Positions 1-11,103 are shown, numbered from the stretch's first letter. The stretch: DNA of 64,000 nt from Escherichia coli (GCF_009931435.1 NZ_CP043414.1), one strand, 5' to 3'. The notes: generated from the letters alone by a model not told the origin. Made by a program: numbers and translations.

Positions 1-1104
1 GCGGAAGAGAAAAGCCTCGAAACGCTGACCCGCACCATCACTGAAACCAGCGATCAACAGGTCAGTTGGGAAACCATTCCGCTGATCGAGCCCATCAGTT
101 TAAGCCTCGGTTACAAGCTGGTGGCGCTGGTGGACAAAGCGCAGGGCAACCCGCTCACCCAGCGTATTCGCGGCGTGCGGCAGGTGATTTCCGACGGCAA
201 CGGCGTGCTGCTGCCGGAGATCCGCATTCGGGAAAACTTCCGCCTCAAGCCCAGCCAGTACGCCATTTTCATCAACGGCATTAAGGCTGATGAAGCGGAT
301 ATTCCGGCGGATAAACTGATGGCCCTGCCCTCCAGCGAAACCTACGGCGAGATTGACGGCGTGCTGGGGAACGACCCGGCGTACGGGATGCCGGTGACCT
401 GGATTCAGCCCGCGCAGAAGGCGAAGGCGCTGAATATGGGGTATCAGGTGATCGACAGCGCCAGCGTAATTGCCACGCATGTGAATAAGATTGTGCGCAG
501 CTATATTCCTGATTTGTTTAACTATGACGATATTACTCAGCTGCATAACCGTTTGTCGTCAATGGCACCGCGCCTGGCAGAGGATTTGAGTGCGGCGCTG
601 AATTACAGCCAGTTGCTGAAAGTGTACCGGGCACTGCTGACCGAAGGCGTTTCCCTGCGCGATATCGTCACCATCGCCACCGTGCTGGTCGCCAGTAGCA
701 CCGTCACCAAAGATCATATTCTGCTGGCGGCCGATGTGCGCCTGGCACTGCGGCGCAGCATTACCCATCCGTTCGTTCGCAAGCAGGAGCTGACGGTGTA
801 TACGCTGAATAATGAGCTGGAAAATCTGCTGACCAACGTGGTGAATCAGGCGCAACAGGCCGGCAAAGTGATGCTCGATAGCGTGCCGGTTGACCCAAAT
901 ATGCTCAACCAGTTCCAGAGCACGATGCCGCAGGTGAAGGAGCAGATGAAAGCGGCAGGTAAAGACCCGGTGCTGCTGGTGCCGCCGCAGCTGCGCCCGT
1001 TGCTGGCGCGTTATGCGAGGTTATTTGCGCCGGGGTTGCATGTGCTGTCGTATAACGAAGTGCCGGACGAGCTGGAGTTGAAGATTATGGGGGCGTTGAG
1101 TTGA
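1..1104 (+). CDS. lfhA: FlhA-family flagellar export protein, C-terminal portion (Flag-2 LfhA-like); open at window start, may be a remnant
   Basis: ORF 121..1104 is in a frame that stays open back to base 1; translation resembles the FlhA cytoplasmic domain; sits next to yafL/dinJ as lfhA does in K-12. Confidence 0.6.
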   Translation, partial: AEEKSLETLTRTITETSDQQVSWETIPLIEPISLSLGYKLVALVDKAQGNPLTQRIRGVRQVISDGNGVLLPEIRIRENFRLKPSQYAIFINGIKADEADIPADKLMALPSSETYGEIDGVLGNDPAYGMPVTWIQPAQKAKALNMGYQVIDSASVIATHVNKIVRSYIPDLFNYDDITQLHNRLSSMAPRLAEDLSAALNYSQLLKVYRALLTEGVSLRDIVTIATVLVASSTVTKDHILLAADVRLALRRSITHPFVRKQELTVYTLNNELENLLTNVVNQAQQAGKVMLDSVPVDPNMLNQFQSTMPQVKEQMKAAGKDPVLLVPPQLRPLLARYARLFAPGLHVLSYNEVPDELELKIMGALS

Positions 1105-1187
1105 TTGAGGATTCTTTTCCATACTTTGCAGCACCTGACACCATTAATTGACGTCACACTGCAAAGAGACTACGATGACACCATACA

Positions 1188-1487
1188 ATGACGTCATGGA
1201 TTGATAGTATGATTAAGGTCAGCGCGCTAGGCTCTCGTCATAGAAAAACATTCGACGATGTAATGACGGAGCCGCCAAAATCTGGAATTAAATGGGATGA
1301 TGTTGTTGCTCTCATTAAAGCGGTGGGTGGATCAATAAAAAATAACAACGGCTCCAGACGAAAATTTCAGATTGGAACGACCAAATTCAGCACACATGAG
1401 CCGCATCCAAAGAATGTGATGGATAAAGGCGCAGTAGCAGGTCTTAAGGAGTGGTTTGTTAACTGTGTAGGGGTAGATTATGAATAA
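1188..1487 (+). CDS. HicA-like toxin (mRNA interferase family); true start may be the internal ATG at 1263
   Basis: Small protein with GSRRKF...HEPHPKN...GAVAGLKEW pattern that parallels HicA (GSHHIY...PHPKKDL); overlaps the downstream gene by 8 nt as in toxin-antitoxin operons. Confidence 0.45.
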   Translation: MTSWIDSMIKVSALGSRHRKTFDDVMTEPPKSGIKWDDVVALIKAVGGSIKNNNGSRRKFQIGTTKFSTHEPHPKNVMDKGAVAGLKEWFVNCVGVDYE

Positions 1488-1836
1488 AGCATCGAACATT
1501 ATCACAATTAAAGGTCAACCAGCCGCAGTGACATTTGAAGCCGATATCAACGCATTTCGCGGCAAGTTCCTCAATGTAAACGGTTATTGTGACTTTGTAG
1601 CCACAAGTATTGAGGCATTATATCGTGAAGGCGAAAGCGCTCTGGATGAGTGGATGGCGGATTGTGAAGAGGACGGTATTGCCCCTTTTCGTGAAGAAGA
1701 AGAGCAAAAACGCCTGACGCTTCGTGTGCCGCATCACATCGATTCGCGGCTGACCATCGTCGCCAGACAACATTCCATTTCAAAAAACCAGCTCATTATT
1801 GATGTCTTAGAACGTGAGTTTTCAGCCCAGATGTAA
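1480..1836 (+). CDS. HicB-like antitoxin with C-terminal ribbon-helix-helix region
   Basis: 118 aa; C-terminus LRVPHHIDSRLTIVARQHSISKNQLIIDVLE looks like a CopG/RHH DNA-binding motif; translationally coupled to the upstream small gene. Confidence 0.5.
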   Translation: MNKASNIITIKGQPAAVTFEADINAFRGKFLNVNGYCDFVATSIEALYREGESALDEWMADCEEDGIAPFREEEEQKRLTLRVPHHIDSRLTIVARQHSISKNQLIIDVLEREFSAQM

Positions 1837-1858
1837 ACAGGTCGTCAATATTACCCAT

Positions 1859-2608
1859 TTACAAAATCGTCTCTTCCGTCAAAATCCGCCGCGCGCCTAA
1901 AAAATGATCCTGCCAGAAAGGTTCAGCTAACCGACTTACCCGAATGGTTTCCCCGGTGCGCGGCGACTCGATAAACTGACCGTCTCCCAGATACACGCCC
2001 ATATGGTCGGCAATCTCGCGGCTGTGAATATGGAAAAACAGCAAATCTCCCCGGCGCAGGTCGTTATTTGCCACAATGGTTGCCCGACGGTAGTGATACA
2101 TCTCATTGGCCGTGCGCGGGAGTTTCGCCTCGAGGATCTTGTTGTAGGCATAAAAAACCAACCCGCTACAGTCGAAGCCTTTATCAGGCCGCGTACCTCC
2201 CCAGACGTAAGGCTTACCAAGCTGCTGCTCCAGACGGTGAATCGCTACTTCGGTGATGTTATGCAGATGGTCGCTGCTTAAGAAATGGTTGTTTTCCGCC
2301 AGCGCCTGCCAATGTTTATCGCTCAACTTCAACGGTGCAGGGAACCACTCAGGATGCTGTTTTATCTGCTCCCGGTTGTGCTGGCGCAGCGCCCTTCTGC
2401 TTTGTGCATCGCCTTCCACAATGTAGCTGGCCTGTTTTTTCAGATGCGCGTGGTATCGCTTTAGCAATCGCGTACGGTTTTGCATCCGCTGGCGGGCGGC
2501 GTAGCTGAAAGAGATATGTGATGCGGTGGCGCTGGCAAATGAAGAAAACGGCAAGCAAAGCAACAATAATCCCGACAACACAAAAGAGGGAATCGACGGC
2601 AAAGACAT
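1859..2608 (-). CDS. yafL: NlpC/P60-family lipoprotein peptidase YafL
   Basis: ORF 1859..2668; start moved to the internal Met at 2608 (249 aa, MSLPSIPSFV signal); C-terminal Cys/His region typical of NlpC/P60; conserved position. Confidence 0.8.
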   Translation of the reverse strand: MSLPSIPSFVLSGLLLLCLPFSSFASATASHISFSYAARQRMQNRTRLLKRYHAHLKKQASYIVEGDAQSRRALRQHNREQIKQHPEWFPAPLKLSDKHWQALAENNHFLSSDHLHNITEVAIHRLEQQLGKPYVWGGTRPDKGFDCSGLVFYAYNKILEAKLPRTANEMYHYRRATIVANNDLRRGDLLFFHIHSREIADHMGVYLGDGQFIESPRTGETIRVSRLAEPFWQDHFLGARRILTEETIL

Positions 2609-2785
2609 TCTCAATAATGGCTGGTCATGCATTGATGTTGCAGTGTATCCCGGCCCGTACCTGAACAAACTTAATAAACCATTATTATAAAATTAATAAA
2701 TATATTTCAGTTAATTATGTAAAAACATCCGTTTATTAAATTACTCATGGATTGTCGTTGTTGCTCATTTGAGCTACAATTCAAG

Positions 2786-2801
2786 CTGAATAAATATACA
2801 G
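2786..2801 (+). promoter_or_regulatory. Candidate LexA (SOS) box upstream of dinJ
   Basis: ctgaataaatatacag matches CTG-N10-CAG about 17 nt upstream of the dinJ start. Confidence 0.5.
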
Positions 2802-2817
2802 CACAGGAGATACCCCA

Positions 2818-3078
2818 ATGGCTGCTAACGCGTTTGTTCGCGCCCGAATCGATGAAGATCTGAAGAATCAGGCGGCGGACGTACTGGCCGGGATGGGGCT
2901 GACCATCTCTGACCTGGTTCGCATAACCCTCACAAAAGTCGCGCGTGAAAAGGCATTGCCGTTTGATTTACGCGAGCCTAATCAATTAACCATTCAATCA
3001 ATTAAAAACAGCGAAGCTGGCGTTGATGTTCATAAGGCCAAAGACGCCGATGATTTATTTGATCAATTAGGAATTTAA
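2818..3078 (+). CDS. dinJ: DinJ antitoxin
   Basis: 86 aa; MAANAFVRARIDEDLKNQA... matches DinJ; directly followed by yafQ. Confidence 0.9.
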   Translation: MAANAFVRARIDEDLKNQAADVLAGMGLTISDLVRITLTKVAREKALPFDLREPNQLTIQSIKNSEAGVDVHKAKDADDLFDQLGI

Positions 3079-3080
3079 AT

Positions 3081-3359
3081 ATGATTCAAAGGGATATTGA
3101 ATACTCGGGACAATTTTCAAAGGATGTAAAACTTGCACAAAAGCGTCATAATGATATGAATAAATTGAAATATCTTATGACGCTTCTTATCAATAATACT
3201 TTACCACTTCCAGCTGTTTATAAAGACCACCCGCTGCAAGGTTCATGGAAAGGTTATCGCGATGCTCATGTTGAACCGGACTGGATCCTGATTTACAAAC
3301 TTACCGATAAACTTTTACGATTTGAGAGAACTGGAACTCACGCGGCGCTATTTGGGTAA
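3081..3359 (+). CDS. yafQ: YafQ toxin (RelE-family mRNA interferase)
   Basis: 92 aa; starts 3 nt after the dinJ stop; sequence matches YafQ. Confidence 0.9.
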   Translation: MIQRDIEYSGQFSKDVKLAQKRHNDMNKLKYLMTLLINNTLPLPAVYKDHPLQGSWKGYRDAHVEPDWILIYKLTDKLLRFERTGTHAALFG

Positions 3360-3514
3360 AGCCCGCTTCCGATGAAATTTGTAAACCCTGCGCCGACAGG
3401 CTTGCGTAAAACTCTTTTGGTGATAATGTGAGCCTTCCAAATCCAGACTATTCCGATTTGGGATCCATTTTGCCGTCCTGGCGTGTGTAACCGTTTTATC
3501 AAGGAATAAGCAGT

Positions 3515-4255
3515 ATGCGTAAAATCGCATTAATTCTTGCGATGTTGTTGATCCCGTGCGTTTCGTTTGCCGGTTTGCTGGGCAGCAGTAGCTCGACCAC
3601 GCCAGTGAGCAAAGAGTATAAGCAGCAGTTGATGGGCTCCCCTGTCTACATCCAGATCTTCAAGGAAGAGCGCACTCTCGATCTCTACGTCAAAATGGGT
3701 GAGCAATATCAGCTGCTCGACAGTTATAAAATCTGTAAATATTCCGGCGGATTAGGGCCTAAACAGCGTCAGGGCGATTTCAAAAGCCCGGAAGGGTTTT
3801 ATAGCGTCCAGCGTAATCAGTTAAAACCAGACAGCCGTTACTACAAAGCGATTAATATTGGATTCCCCAATGCTTATGACCGTGCGCATGGTTATGAAGG
3901 GAAATACCTGATGATTCACGGCGATTGTGTTTCCATCGGCTGCTACGCGATGACCAATCAAGGTATTGATGAGATCTTCCAGTTCGTTACTGGCGCGCTG
4001 GTGTTTGGTCAGCCAAGCGTGCAAGTGAGTATTTACCCGTTCCGCATGACCGACGCCAACATGCAGCGCCATAAATATTCCAACTTTAAGGACTTCTGGG
4101 AGCAACTGAAGCCGGGCTACGACTACTTTGAACAAACCCGTAAGCCACCGACCGTTTCTGTGGTCAATGGTCGTTACGTGGTCAGCAAGCCGTTAAGCCA
4201 CGAAGTGGTGCAGCCACAGCTGGCATCAAACTACACGCTCCCCGAGGCAAAATAA
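3515..4255 (+). CDS. yafK: L,D-transpeptidase-fold periplasmic protein YafK
   Basis: 246 aa with signal peptide and a YkuD-like HGDCVSIGC active-site motif. Confidence 0.85.
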   Translation: MRKIALILAMLLIPCVSFAGLLGSSSSTTPVSKEYKQQLMGSPVYIQIFKEERTLDLYVKMGEQYQLLDSYKICKYSGGLGPKQRQGDFKSPEGFYSVQRNQLKPDSRYYKAINIGFPNAYDRAHGYEGKYLMIHGDCVSIGCYAMTNQGIDEIFQFVTGALVFGQPSVQVSIYPFRMTDANMQRHKYSNFKDFWEQLKPGYDYFEQTRKPPTVSVVNGRYVVSKPLSHEVVQPQLASNYTLPEAK

Positions 4256-4993
4256 GCGCCATTCGCCTGGCATAATCTTTTGCCAGGTTTCATTGCCCGT
4301 CAGCGGCTGTGTCGCAATCACCGTGACCACATCATTCGGTGTGGTCTGCGAGCTGAAGTCGATTTCCACATCCTGATCCAGCAACGTTGCCACGCCAAAC
4401 GGCGCGCGGCGGGTGATCCAGTGCAGATTGGTCGAGCAATACGCCATTACATAGCGTCCGTCCGAAAGTAGCATGTTGAAAACGCCCTTCTGCCGCAGTT
4501 CATCCGCCAGTGAGGCGATATATTTAAACACTGCCGCCATGTTGCCTGGTGTGCGCGGGTAACGCTGTGTTAATTTATGCAGCAGCCAGCAAAAGGCTTT
4601 TTCGCTGTCGGTTTCACCTACCGGACGGAAGTTGCCGGTTTCCAGTGACTTGTACCCCGTCAGTTGCCCGTTATGGGCATAAGTCCAGTTGCGTCCCCAT
4701 AACTCGCGGGTAAACGGGTGAGTATTTTCCAGCGCCACCTCGCCCCGATTGGCCTGGCGAATATGAGCCACCACCGAACAGGATTTTATCGGGTAGTCCT
4801 GGACAAGTTTGGCGATGGGGGAATTAAAGCTGGGTTGTGGATCTTTAAATGTGCGACAGCCTTTACCTTCGTAAAAGGTAATGCCCCAGCCATCTTTATG
4901 TGGCCCGGTTCCACCACCACGCTGCACCAGACCGGTGAAACTAAAGCAGATATCGGTAGGGACGTTAGCGCTCATCCCGAGCAATTCGCACAT
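4226..4993 (-). CDS. yafJ: Class II glutamine amidotransferase-like protein YafJ
   Basis: ORF 4226..5008; start moved to the ATG at 4991-4993 (MCELLGMS...), preceded by GGAGG; N-terminal Cys nucleophile typical of the family. Confidence 0.85.
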   Translation of the reverse strand: MCELLGMSANVPTDICFSFTGLVQRGGGTGPHKDGWGITFYEGKGCRTFKDPQPSFNSPIAKLVQDYPIKSCSVVAHIRQANRGEVALENTHPFTRELWGRNWTYAHNGQLTGYKSLETGNFRPVGETDSEKAFCWLLHKLTQRYPRTPGNMAAVFKYIASLADELRQKGVFNMLLSDGRYVMAYCSTNLHWITRRAPFGVATLLDQDVEIDFSSQTTPNDVVTVIATQPLTGNETWQKIMPGEWRLFCLGERVV

Positions 4994-5045
4994 GGGTAAC
5001 CTCCACAACAGCGGGAGCGCATGGCCCCCGGCGAAGATTGATTTA

Positions 5046-5200
5046 AGAATTTTCAGGTCGGATGCGGCGTGAATGCATTATTCGGCCTACGGTTCGGGTA
5101 CAGATTTGTAGGCATGATAAGACGCGTCAGCGTCGCATCAGGCATCAGCGCACAAGTGCCGGATGCGGCGTAAACGCCTTATCCAGCCTACGCCAGACTT
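5046..5200. repeat. REP/BIME cluster (about three REP units) between yafJ and gmhA
   Basis: Repeated gccggatgcggcgt(g/a)aa(c/t)gc...ggcctac palindromic units typical of enterobacterial REP elements. Confidence 0.6.
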
Positions 5201-5777
5201 ACTTAACCATCTCTTTTTCAATTAACTGGATCAGGATATGGATCACTTTAATGTGGATCTCCTGAATGCGGTCGGCATAACCAAAGTGCGGAACGCGAAT
5301 TTCAATATCCGCCGTGCCAGCCATTTTGCCGCCATCTTTACCGGTCAGGGTGATCACTTTCATCCCCTTCTCACGCGCCGCTGCGATCGCTTTGATCACG
5401 TTTGCAGAGTTACCGGAGGTAGAGATCCCCAGCAATACATCGCCTTCGCGACCTACCGCTTCAACGTAGCGGGAGAAAATATCATTGAAACCGAAATCAT
5501 TACCGACGCAGGAAATATGACTAACGTCAGAAATGGCAATCGCCGGATAGCCCGGACGGTTTTCACGGTAGCGCCCCGTCAACTCTTCGGCAAAGTGCAT
5601 GGCGTCGCAATGGGAACCGCCATTACCGCAGGAAAGCACCTTACCACCGGCTTTAAAGCTATCTGCTAACAGGACCGCCGCGCGCTGAATGGCGTGAATA
5701 TTGGCGTCATCTTTTAAAAAGTTAGCCAGCGTTTCCGCCGCTTCGTTCAGTTCGTTACGAATAAGATCCTGGTACAT
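5199..5777 (-). CDS. gmhA: Sedoheptulose-7-phosphate isomerase GmhA
   Basis: ORF 5199..5939 trimmed to the internal ATG at 5775-5777, giving 192 aa [17 protein letters not shown]... which matches GmhA. Confidence 0.95.
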
Positions 5778-6016
5778 GAGGATATCCTTCAGCATAAATG
5801 TAATAGACAAAATGCAGTGTACCGGATACCGCCAAAAGCGAGAAGTACGGGCAGGTGCGATGACCAGGACTTTTTGACCTGAAGTGCGGATAAAAACAGC
5901 AACAATGTGAGCTTTGTTGTAATTATATTGTAAACACATTGCTAAATGTTTTTACATCCACTACAACCATATCATCACAAGTGGTCAGACCTCCTACAAG
6001 TAAGGGGCTTTTCGTT

Positions 6017-8461
6017 ATGATGATTTTGAGTATTCTCGCTACGGTTGTCCTGCTCGGCGCGTTGTTCTATCACCGCGTGAGCTTATTTATCAGCAGTCTG
6101 ATTTTGCTCGCCTGGACAGCCGCCCTCGGCGTCGCTGGTCTGTGGTCGGCGTGGGTACTGGTGCCTCTGGCCATTATCCTCGTACCGTTTAACTTTGCGC
6201 CTATGCGTAAGTCGATGATTTCCGCACCGGTATTTCGCGGTTTCCGTAAGGTGATGCCGCCAATGTCGCGCACTGAAAAAGAAGCGATTGATGCAGGCAC
6301 TACCTGGTGGGAAGGCGACTTGTTCCAGGGTAAGCCGGACTGGAAAAAGCTGCATAACTATCCGCAGCCGCGCCTGACCGCTGAAGAGCAAGCGTTTCTC
6401 GACGGCCCGGTAGAAGAAGCCTGCCGGATGGCGAATGATTTCCAGATTACTCATGAGCTGGCGGATCTGCCGCCGGAGTTGTGGGCGTACCTTAAAGAGC
6501 ATCGCTTCTTCGCGATGATCATCAAAAAAGAGTACGGCGGGCTGGAGTTCTCGGCTTATGCCCAATCTCGTGTGCTGCAAAAACTCTCCGGCGTGAGCGG
6601 GATCCTGGCGATTACCGTCGGCGTGCCGAACTCATTAGGCCCGGGCGAGCTGCTGCAACATTACGGCACTGACGAGCAGAAAAATCACTATCTGCCGCGT
6701 CTGGCGCGTGGTCAGGAGATCCCTTGCTTTGCACTGACCAGCCCGGAAGCGGGTTCCGATGCGGGCGCGATTCCGGATACCGGGATTGTCTGCATGGGCG
6801 AGTGGCAGGGCCAGCAGGTGCTGGGGATGCGACTGACCTGGAACAAACGCTACATTACGCTCGCGCCAATTGCGACCGTGCTTGGGCTGGCGTTTAAACT
6901 TTCCGACCCGGAAAAACTGCTGGGTGGCGCAGAAGATTTAGGCATTACCTGTGCACTTATCCCGACCACCACGCCAGGCGTGGAAATTGGTCGTCGCCAC
7001 TTCCCGCTGAACGTACCGTTCCAGAACGGACCGACGCGAGGTAAAGATGTCTTCGTACCGATCGACTACATTATCGGCGGACCAAAAATGGCCGGGCAAG
7101 GCTGGCGGATGCTGGTGGAGTGTCTCTCCGTGGGGCGCGGCATCACCCTACCTTCCAACTCAACCGGCGGCGTGAAGTCGGTGGCGCTGGCAACGGGCGC
7201 GTATGCGCACATTCGCCGTCAGTTCAAAATCTCTATCGGTAAGATGGAAGGGATTGAAGAGCCGCTGGCGCGTATTGCCGGTAATGCCTACGTGATGGAT
7301 GCTGCGGCATCGCTGATTACCTACGGCATTATGCTCGGTGAAAAACCTGCCGTGCTGTCGGCTATCGTTAAGTATCACTGTACCCACCGTGGGCAGCAGT
7401 CGATTATTGATGCGATGGATATCACCGGGGGTAAAGGCATTATGCTCGGTCAGAGCAACTTCCTGGCACGAGCTTACCAGGGCGCACCGATTGCCATCAC
7501 CGTTGAAGGGGCCAACATTCTGACCCGCAGCATGATGATCTTCGGTCAGGGAGCGATTCGTTGCCATCCGTACGTGCTGGAAGAGATGGAAGCGGCGAAG
7601 AACAATGACGTAAACGCGTTCGATAAACTGCTGTTCAAACATATCGGTCACGTCGGTAGCAACAAAGTTCGCAGCTTCTGGCTGGGCCTGACGCGCGGTT
7701 TAACCAGCAGCACGCCAACCGGCGATGCCACTAAACGCTACTATCAGCACCTGAACCGCCTGAGCGCCAACCTCGCCCTGCTTTCTGATGTCTCGATGGC
7801 TGTGCTGGGCGGCAGCCTGAAACGTCGCGAGCGTATCTCGGCACGTCTGGGGGATATTTTAAGCCAGCTTTACCTCGCCTCTGCCGTTCTGAAGCGTTAT
7901 GACGACGAAGGCCGTAATGAAGCCGACCTGCCGCTGGTGCACTGGGGCGTACAGGATGCGCTGTATCAGGCAGAGCAGGCGATGGACGATTTACTGCAAA
8001 ACTTCCCGAACCGCGTGGTTGCCGGGCTTCTGAATGTGGTGATCTTCCCGACCGGACGTCATTATCTGGCACCGTCTGACAAGCTGGATCATAAGGTGGC
8101 GAAGATTTTACAAGTGCCGAACGCCACCCGTTCACGTATTGGTCGCGGTCAGTACCTGACCCCGAGCGAGCATAACCCGGTTGGTTTACTGGAAGAGGCG
8201 CTGGTGGATGTGATTGCCGCCGACCCAATTCATCAGCGGATCTGTAAAGAGCTGGGTAAAAACCTGCCGTTTACCCGTCTGGATGAACTGGCGCATAACG
8301 CGCTGGCGAAGGGGCTGATTGATAAAGATGAAGCCGCTATTCTTGTGAAAGCTGAAGAAAGCCGTCTGCGCAGTATTAATGTTGATGACTTTGATCCGGA
8401 AGAGCTGGCGACGAAGCCGGTAAAGTTGCCGGAGAAAGTGCGGAAAGTTGAAGCCGCATAA
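6017..8461 (+). CDS. fadE: Acyl-CoA dehydrogenase FadE
   Basis: ORF 5939..8461 trimmed to the ATG at 6017, giving 814 aa [14 protein letters not shown]...; N-terminal membrane segment plus acyl-CoA dehydrogenase body. Confidence 0.95.
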   Translation: MMILSILATVVLLGALFYHRVSLFISSLILLAWTAALGVAGLWSAWVLVPLAIILVPFNFAPMRKSMISAPVFRGFRKVMPPMSRTEKEAIDAGTTWWEGDLFQGKPDWKKLHNYPQPRLTAEEQAFLDGPVEEACRMANDFQITHELADLPPELWAYLKEHRFFAMIIKKEYGGLEFSAYAQSRVLQKLSGVSGILAITVGVPNSLGPGELLQHYGTDEQKNHYLPRLARGQEIPCFALTSPEAGSDAGAIPDTGIVCMGEWQGQQVLGMRLTWNKRYITLAPIATVLGLAFKLSDPEKLLGGAEDLGITCALIPTTTPGVEIGRRHFPLNVPFQNGPTRGKDVFVPIDYIIGGPKMAGQGWRMLVECLSVGRGITLPSNSTGGVKSVALATGAYAHIRRQFKISIGKMEGIEEPLARIAGNAYVMDAAASLITYGIMLGEKPAVLSAIVKYHCTHRGQQSIIDAMDITGGKGIMLGQSNFLARAYQGAPIAITVEGANILTRSMMIFGQGAIRCHPYVLEEMEAAKNNDVNAFDKLLFKHIGHVGSNKVRSFWLGLTRGLTSSTPTGDATKRYYQHLNRLSANLALLSDVSMAVLGGSLKRRERISARLGDILSQLYLASAVLKRYDDEGRNEADLPLVHWGVQDALYQAEQAMDDLLQNFPNRVVAGLLNVVIFPTGRHYLAPSDKLDHKVAKILQVPNATRSRIGRGQYLTPSEHNPVGLLEEALVDVIAADPIHQRICKELGKNLPFTRLDELAHNALAKGLIDKDEAAILVKAEESRLRSINVDDFDPEELATKPVKLPEKVRKVEAA

Positions 8462-8469
8462 TTGAATAA

Positions 8470-8494
8470 CGGAGCCGAAAGGCTCCGTTTCTTT
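8470..8494. terminator. Hairpin plus T-run between convergent fadE and ivy
   Basis: cggagcc gaaa ggctccg followed by tttcttt. Confidence 0.5.
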
Positions 8495-8503
8495 ATCCGC
8501 TAA

Positions 8504-8977
8504 TTATTTAAAATTAAAGCCATCCGGATGGTTTTCCAGGCTGCCGGTCAACGCCGCGAACAGCACCGTTTTACCATCAATAGAAAGCGCATCGTTCACA
8601 TTCAACCAGGTGAGTTTCTCTTGCGACGTTTTCTCATCAATGGTCGAGAACAGCCCCGTCATCTGATTAGATTTCTCGGACCACATCACAGCGATACGTT
8701 GCGAGCCACAGTCATGCGGTTTGCACGCGCTCATCACCTGATACGTCTCATCTCCCAACGTTACGGTTTGTGCAGGGGTATAAGTCCCGCCTTTCATCAC
8801 CCAGGCAGGCAGCTTATGCCCTTGTACCATCTGATTAAATGCAGCTTTGGTGGTTTCGCCCTTTGCAAGGCTGCTAATGGTTAAATCATCCTGCGCCATT
8901 GCACTGGTGGCGATGACCAGAGCGGCGACTGTCGTTATTGCCTTAAACATCATTCCTCCCGAGCTTATCCTGCCCAT
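8504..8977 (-). CDS. ivy: Inhibitor of vertebrate lysozyme Ivy
   Basis: 157 aa with signal peptide and the CKPHDCG loop characteristic of Ivy. Confidence 0.9.
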   Translation of the reverse strand: MGRISSGGMMFKAITTVAALVIATSAMAQDDLTISSLAKGETTKAAFNQMVQGHKLPAWVMKGGTYTPAQTVTLGDETYQVMSACKPHDCGSQRIAVMWSEKSNQMTGLFSTIDEKTSQEKLTWLNVNDALSIDGKTVLFAALTGSLENHPDGFNFK

Positions 8978-9130
8978 GTTATTAACCTCCTAAAGCCTGG
9001 CGATAACACGATAATTTGCAAATCAGATATTTCCAATATCAGCATTTGTTATCAATTTATTCTGCGCTAAGGCAACTGCCTGATAAGGTGTTAGAGTTAT
9101 AAAACCCTTCACATAAAGGAGTTGTACACC

Positions 9131-9901
9131 GTGCCTGGTTTGAAGATTACGCTTTTGCAGCAACCACTGGTGTGGATGGATGGTCCTGCCAACCTGCGCC
9201 ATTTTGATCGTCAACTAGAAGGTATTACCGGGCGCGATGTGATCGTTCTACCGGAGATGTTTACCAGCGGCTTTGCCATGGAAGCGGCCGCTTCGTCGCT
9301 AGCACAAGATGACGTAGTGAACTGGATGACAGCCAAAGCGCAGCAGTGCAATGCGTTGATTGCAGGCAGTGTTGCATTACAAACGGAGTCTGGTACGGTT
9401 AACCGCTTTTTGCTGGTTGAACCGGGCGGCACGGTACATTTTTATGATAAGCGTCATCTGTTCCGAATGGCAGATGAGCATCTGCATTATAAAGCGGGCA
9501 ATGCGCGAGTGATTGTGGAATGGCGCGGCTGGCGTATTTTGCCGCTGGTGTGCTACGACTTACGTTTTCCAGTGTGGTCGCGCAATCTCAACAATTATGA
9601 CCTCGCCATCTACGTCGCCAACTGGCCTGCACCGCGCTCTCTGCACTGGCAGGCATTGCTGACAGCCCGCGCGATTGAGAATCAGGCGTATGTGGCGGGA
9701 TGCAATCGCGTCGGCAGCGATGGCAACGGCTGCCATTATCGCGGTGACAGCCGGGTGATTAATCCACAGGGCGAGATTATCGCTACTGCCGACGCGCATC
9801 AGGCAACGCGCATTGATGCGGAGCTGTCGATGGCGGTGTTAAGGGAATATAGAGAAAAGTTTCCGGCATGGCGGGATGCGGATGAGTTTAGGTTGTGGTG
9901 A
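9131..9901 (+). CDS. yafV: Nitrilase-superfamily omega-amidase YafV
   Basis: ORF 9122..9901; likely GTG start at 9131 (256 aa); carbon-nitrogen hydrolase fold with catalytic Cys in the VCYDLRFP region. Confidence 0.9.
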   Translation: MPGLKITLLQQPLVWMDGPANLRHFDRQLEGITGRDVIVLPEMFTSGFAMEAAASSLAQDDVVNWMTAKAQQCNALIAGSVALQTESGTVNRFLLVEPGGTVHFYDKRHLFRMADEHLHYKAGNARVIVEWRGWRILPLVCYDLRFPVWSRNLNNYDLAIYVANWPAPRSLHWQALLTARAIENQAYVAGCNRVGSDGNGCHYRGDSRVINPQGEIIATADAHQATRIDAELSMAVLREYREKFPAWRDADEFRLW

Positions 9902-10029
9902 GTGGGGGTTGTGTTTAGGGCCGGGGAGAGTTGGGGTATGACTACGAAAGCCCGCTCTCCTGCGACCACTTTTATCATAGGAGTGTGGAAGTGCTTTTCC
10001 ATCAATCGCGATGACGTCTCAGGGAAAGA

Positions 10030-11103
10030 TTACGAAAGCCCGCTCCCCGCAAGGACTGACGCCAGATACTTTCTGTCCATGGCTGCTTTTCGCATCTTAC
10101 GTCTTAACCCTGCCTTGAATACCTTATCATTCGTCAAAATATTAATTGCGATGTGCCGTATCCCTGAAAATAATTCTGCTGCATTTCCTCTTCTTATTTT
10201 GCAGTCGTCTTCATTCATTACCACGTCCAGACGCCAGTGCAGCTTATTCTCCACGTGCCAGTGGTTTCGGATTGCTGTGGCGAACTTCTCTGCGGTTAAA
10301 TCAGCAGAACTGATATAATATCTGACCGTCATTTCTGGCTCTTTCTTTTGTTCTGCTATTATTGACCGAAAGGAGACTGCCACGCATAATTTCTTCAGAC
10401 CTTTCCATTCAAACGTGAAATCAATAAGTTCATCAGGGACATCGCAAACAATGTGAAGACGGATTTCTTCTCTGCCGTGACTCTTTTCACTAATTGCGTA
10501 ACTGTCATGCTCTGGATTATTTAATTCTTTCAGCGGAAATTTTTCCTCGAAGCCTTTATTTAGCCGCCCCTGGTTTCCTTTTACAGCGAATAAATAATCA
10601 CCTCCCTGTTTTTGTATCTTCTCTGCAATATCTTTCTGGCAACCCATCGCATCAGTTGTGATGATTTTTCCTTTAATATCCAGCATGTTAAGAAGTTCTG
10701 GGATAGCTGTAATCTCATTGGATTTCTCATCCGTCTTGATCTGTCCGATGACCAGACTGTGCATTGTTGAGAACGCACTAATGACATGAATCGCTCCCCT
10801 GCGGCGACTCTTGTCATAAGAGTGCCGGAGCGTTTTTCCATCAATTGCAATGACGCCTTTATCATCTGAAGAATGGCAGTCACGCATCCAGTTAATAAAG
10901 CACTCGTGAAATTTTGCAGGACTGATACAGGATACAACTCTGGCAATGGTATCGTGAACAGGAATACCATTTTCAAAATCACCATATTGCTTCAAAAAAT
11001 CGAGATGTGTTTCCCCAAAATCCTCTATATCTTCCCAACCTTCTGCACCCGAAATAACGGCGCAAATAGTCAACAGTAGAATATCCGATAATTTATGTTC
11101 CAC
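10030..11103 (-). mobile_element. H-repeat-associated (ISAs1-family) transposase, the H-rpt element classically found at the distal end of E. coli Rhs elements
   Basis: 357 aa protein with DDE-type transposase features, strongly similar to the E. coli H-repeat proteins (YhhI/YbfD type); located directly downstream of the Rhs array. Confidence 0.8.

Noticed and set aside
66-855. ORFs 66..284 (+), 100..546 (-) and 559..855 (-) at the window start
   Set aside because: All overlap the FlhA-like frame, which has a coherent conserved translation; the alternatives are Arg/Gly/His-rich low-complexity products.
6083-8228. Several ORFs of 60-165 aa antisense to or overlapping fadE
   Set aside because: They lie entirely within the well-supported fadE frame and have no start context or recognisable domain; high GC keeps alternative frames open.
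9902-10318. ORF 9902..10318 (+, 138 aa) between yafV and the H-repeat transposase
   Set aside because: It runs across the island junction and antisense into the transposase 3' end, with no ribosome-binding site and no recognisable fold.
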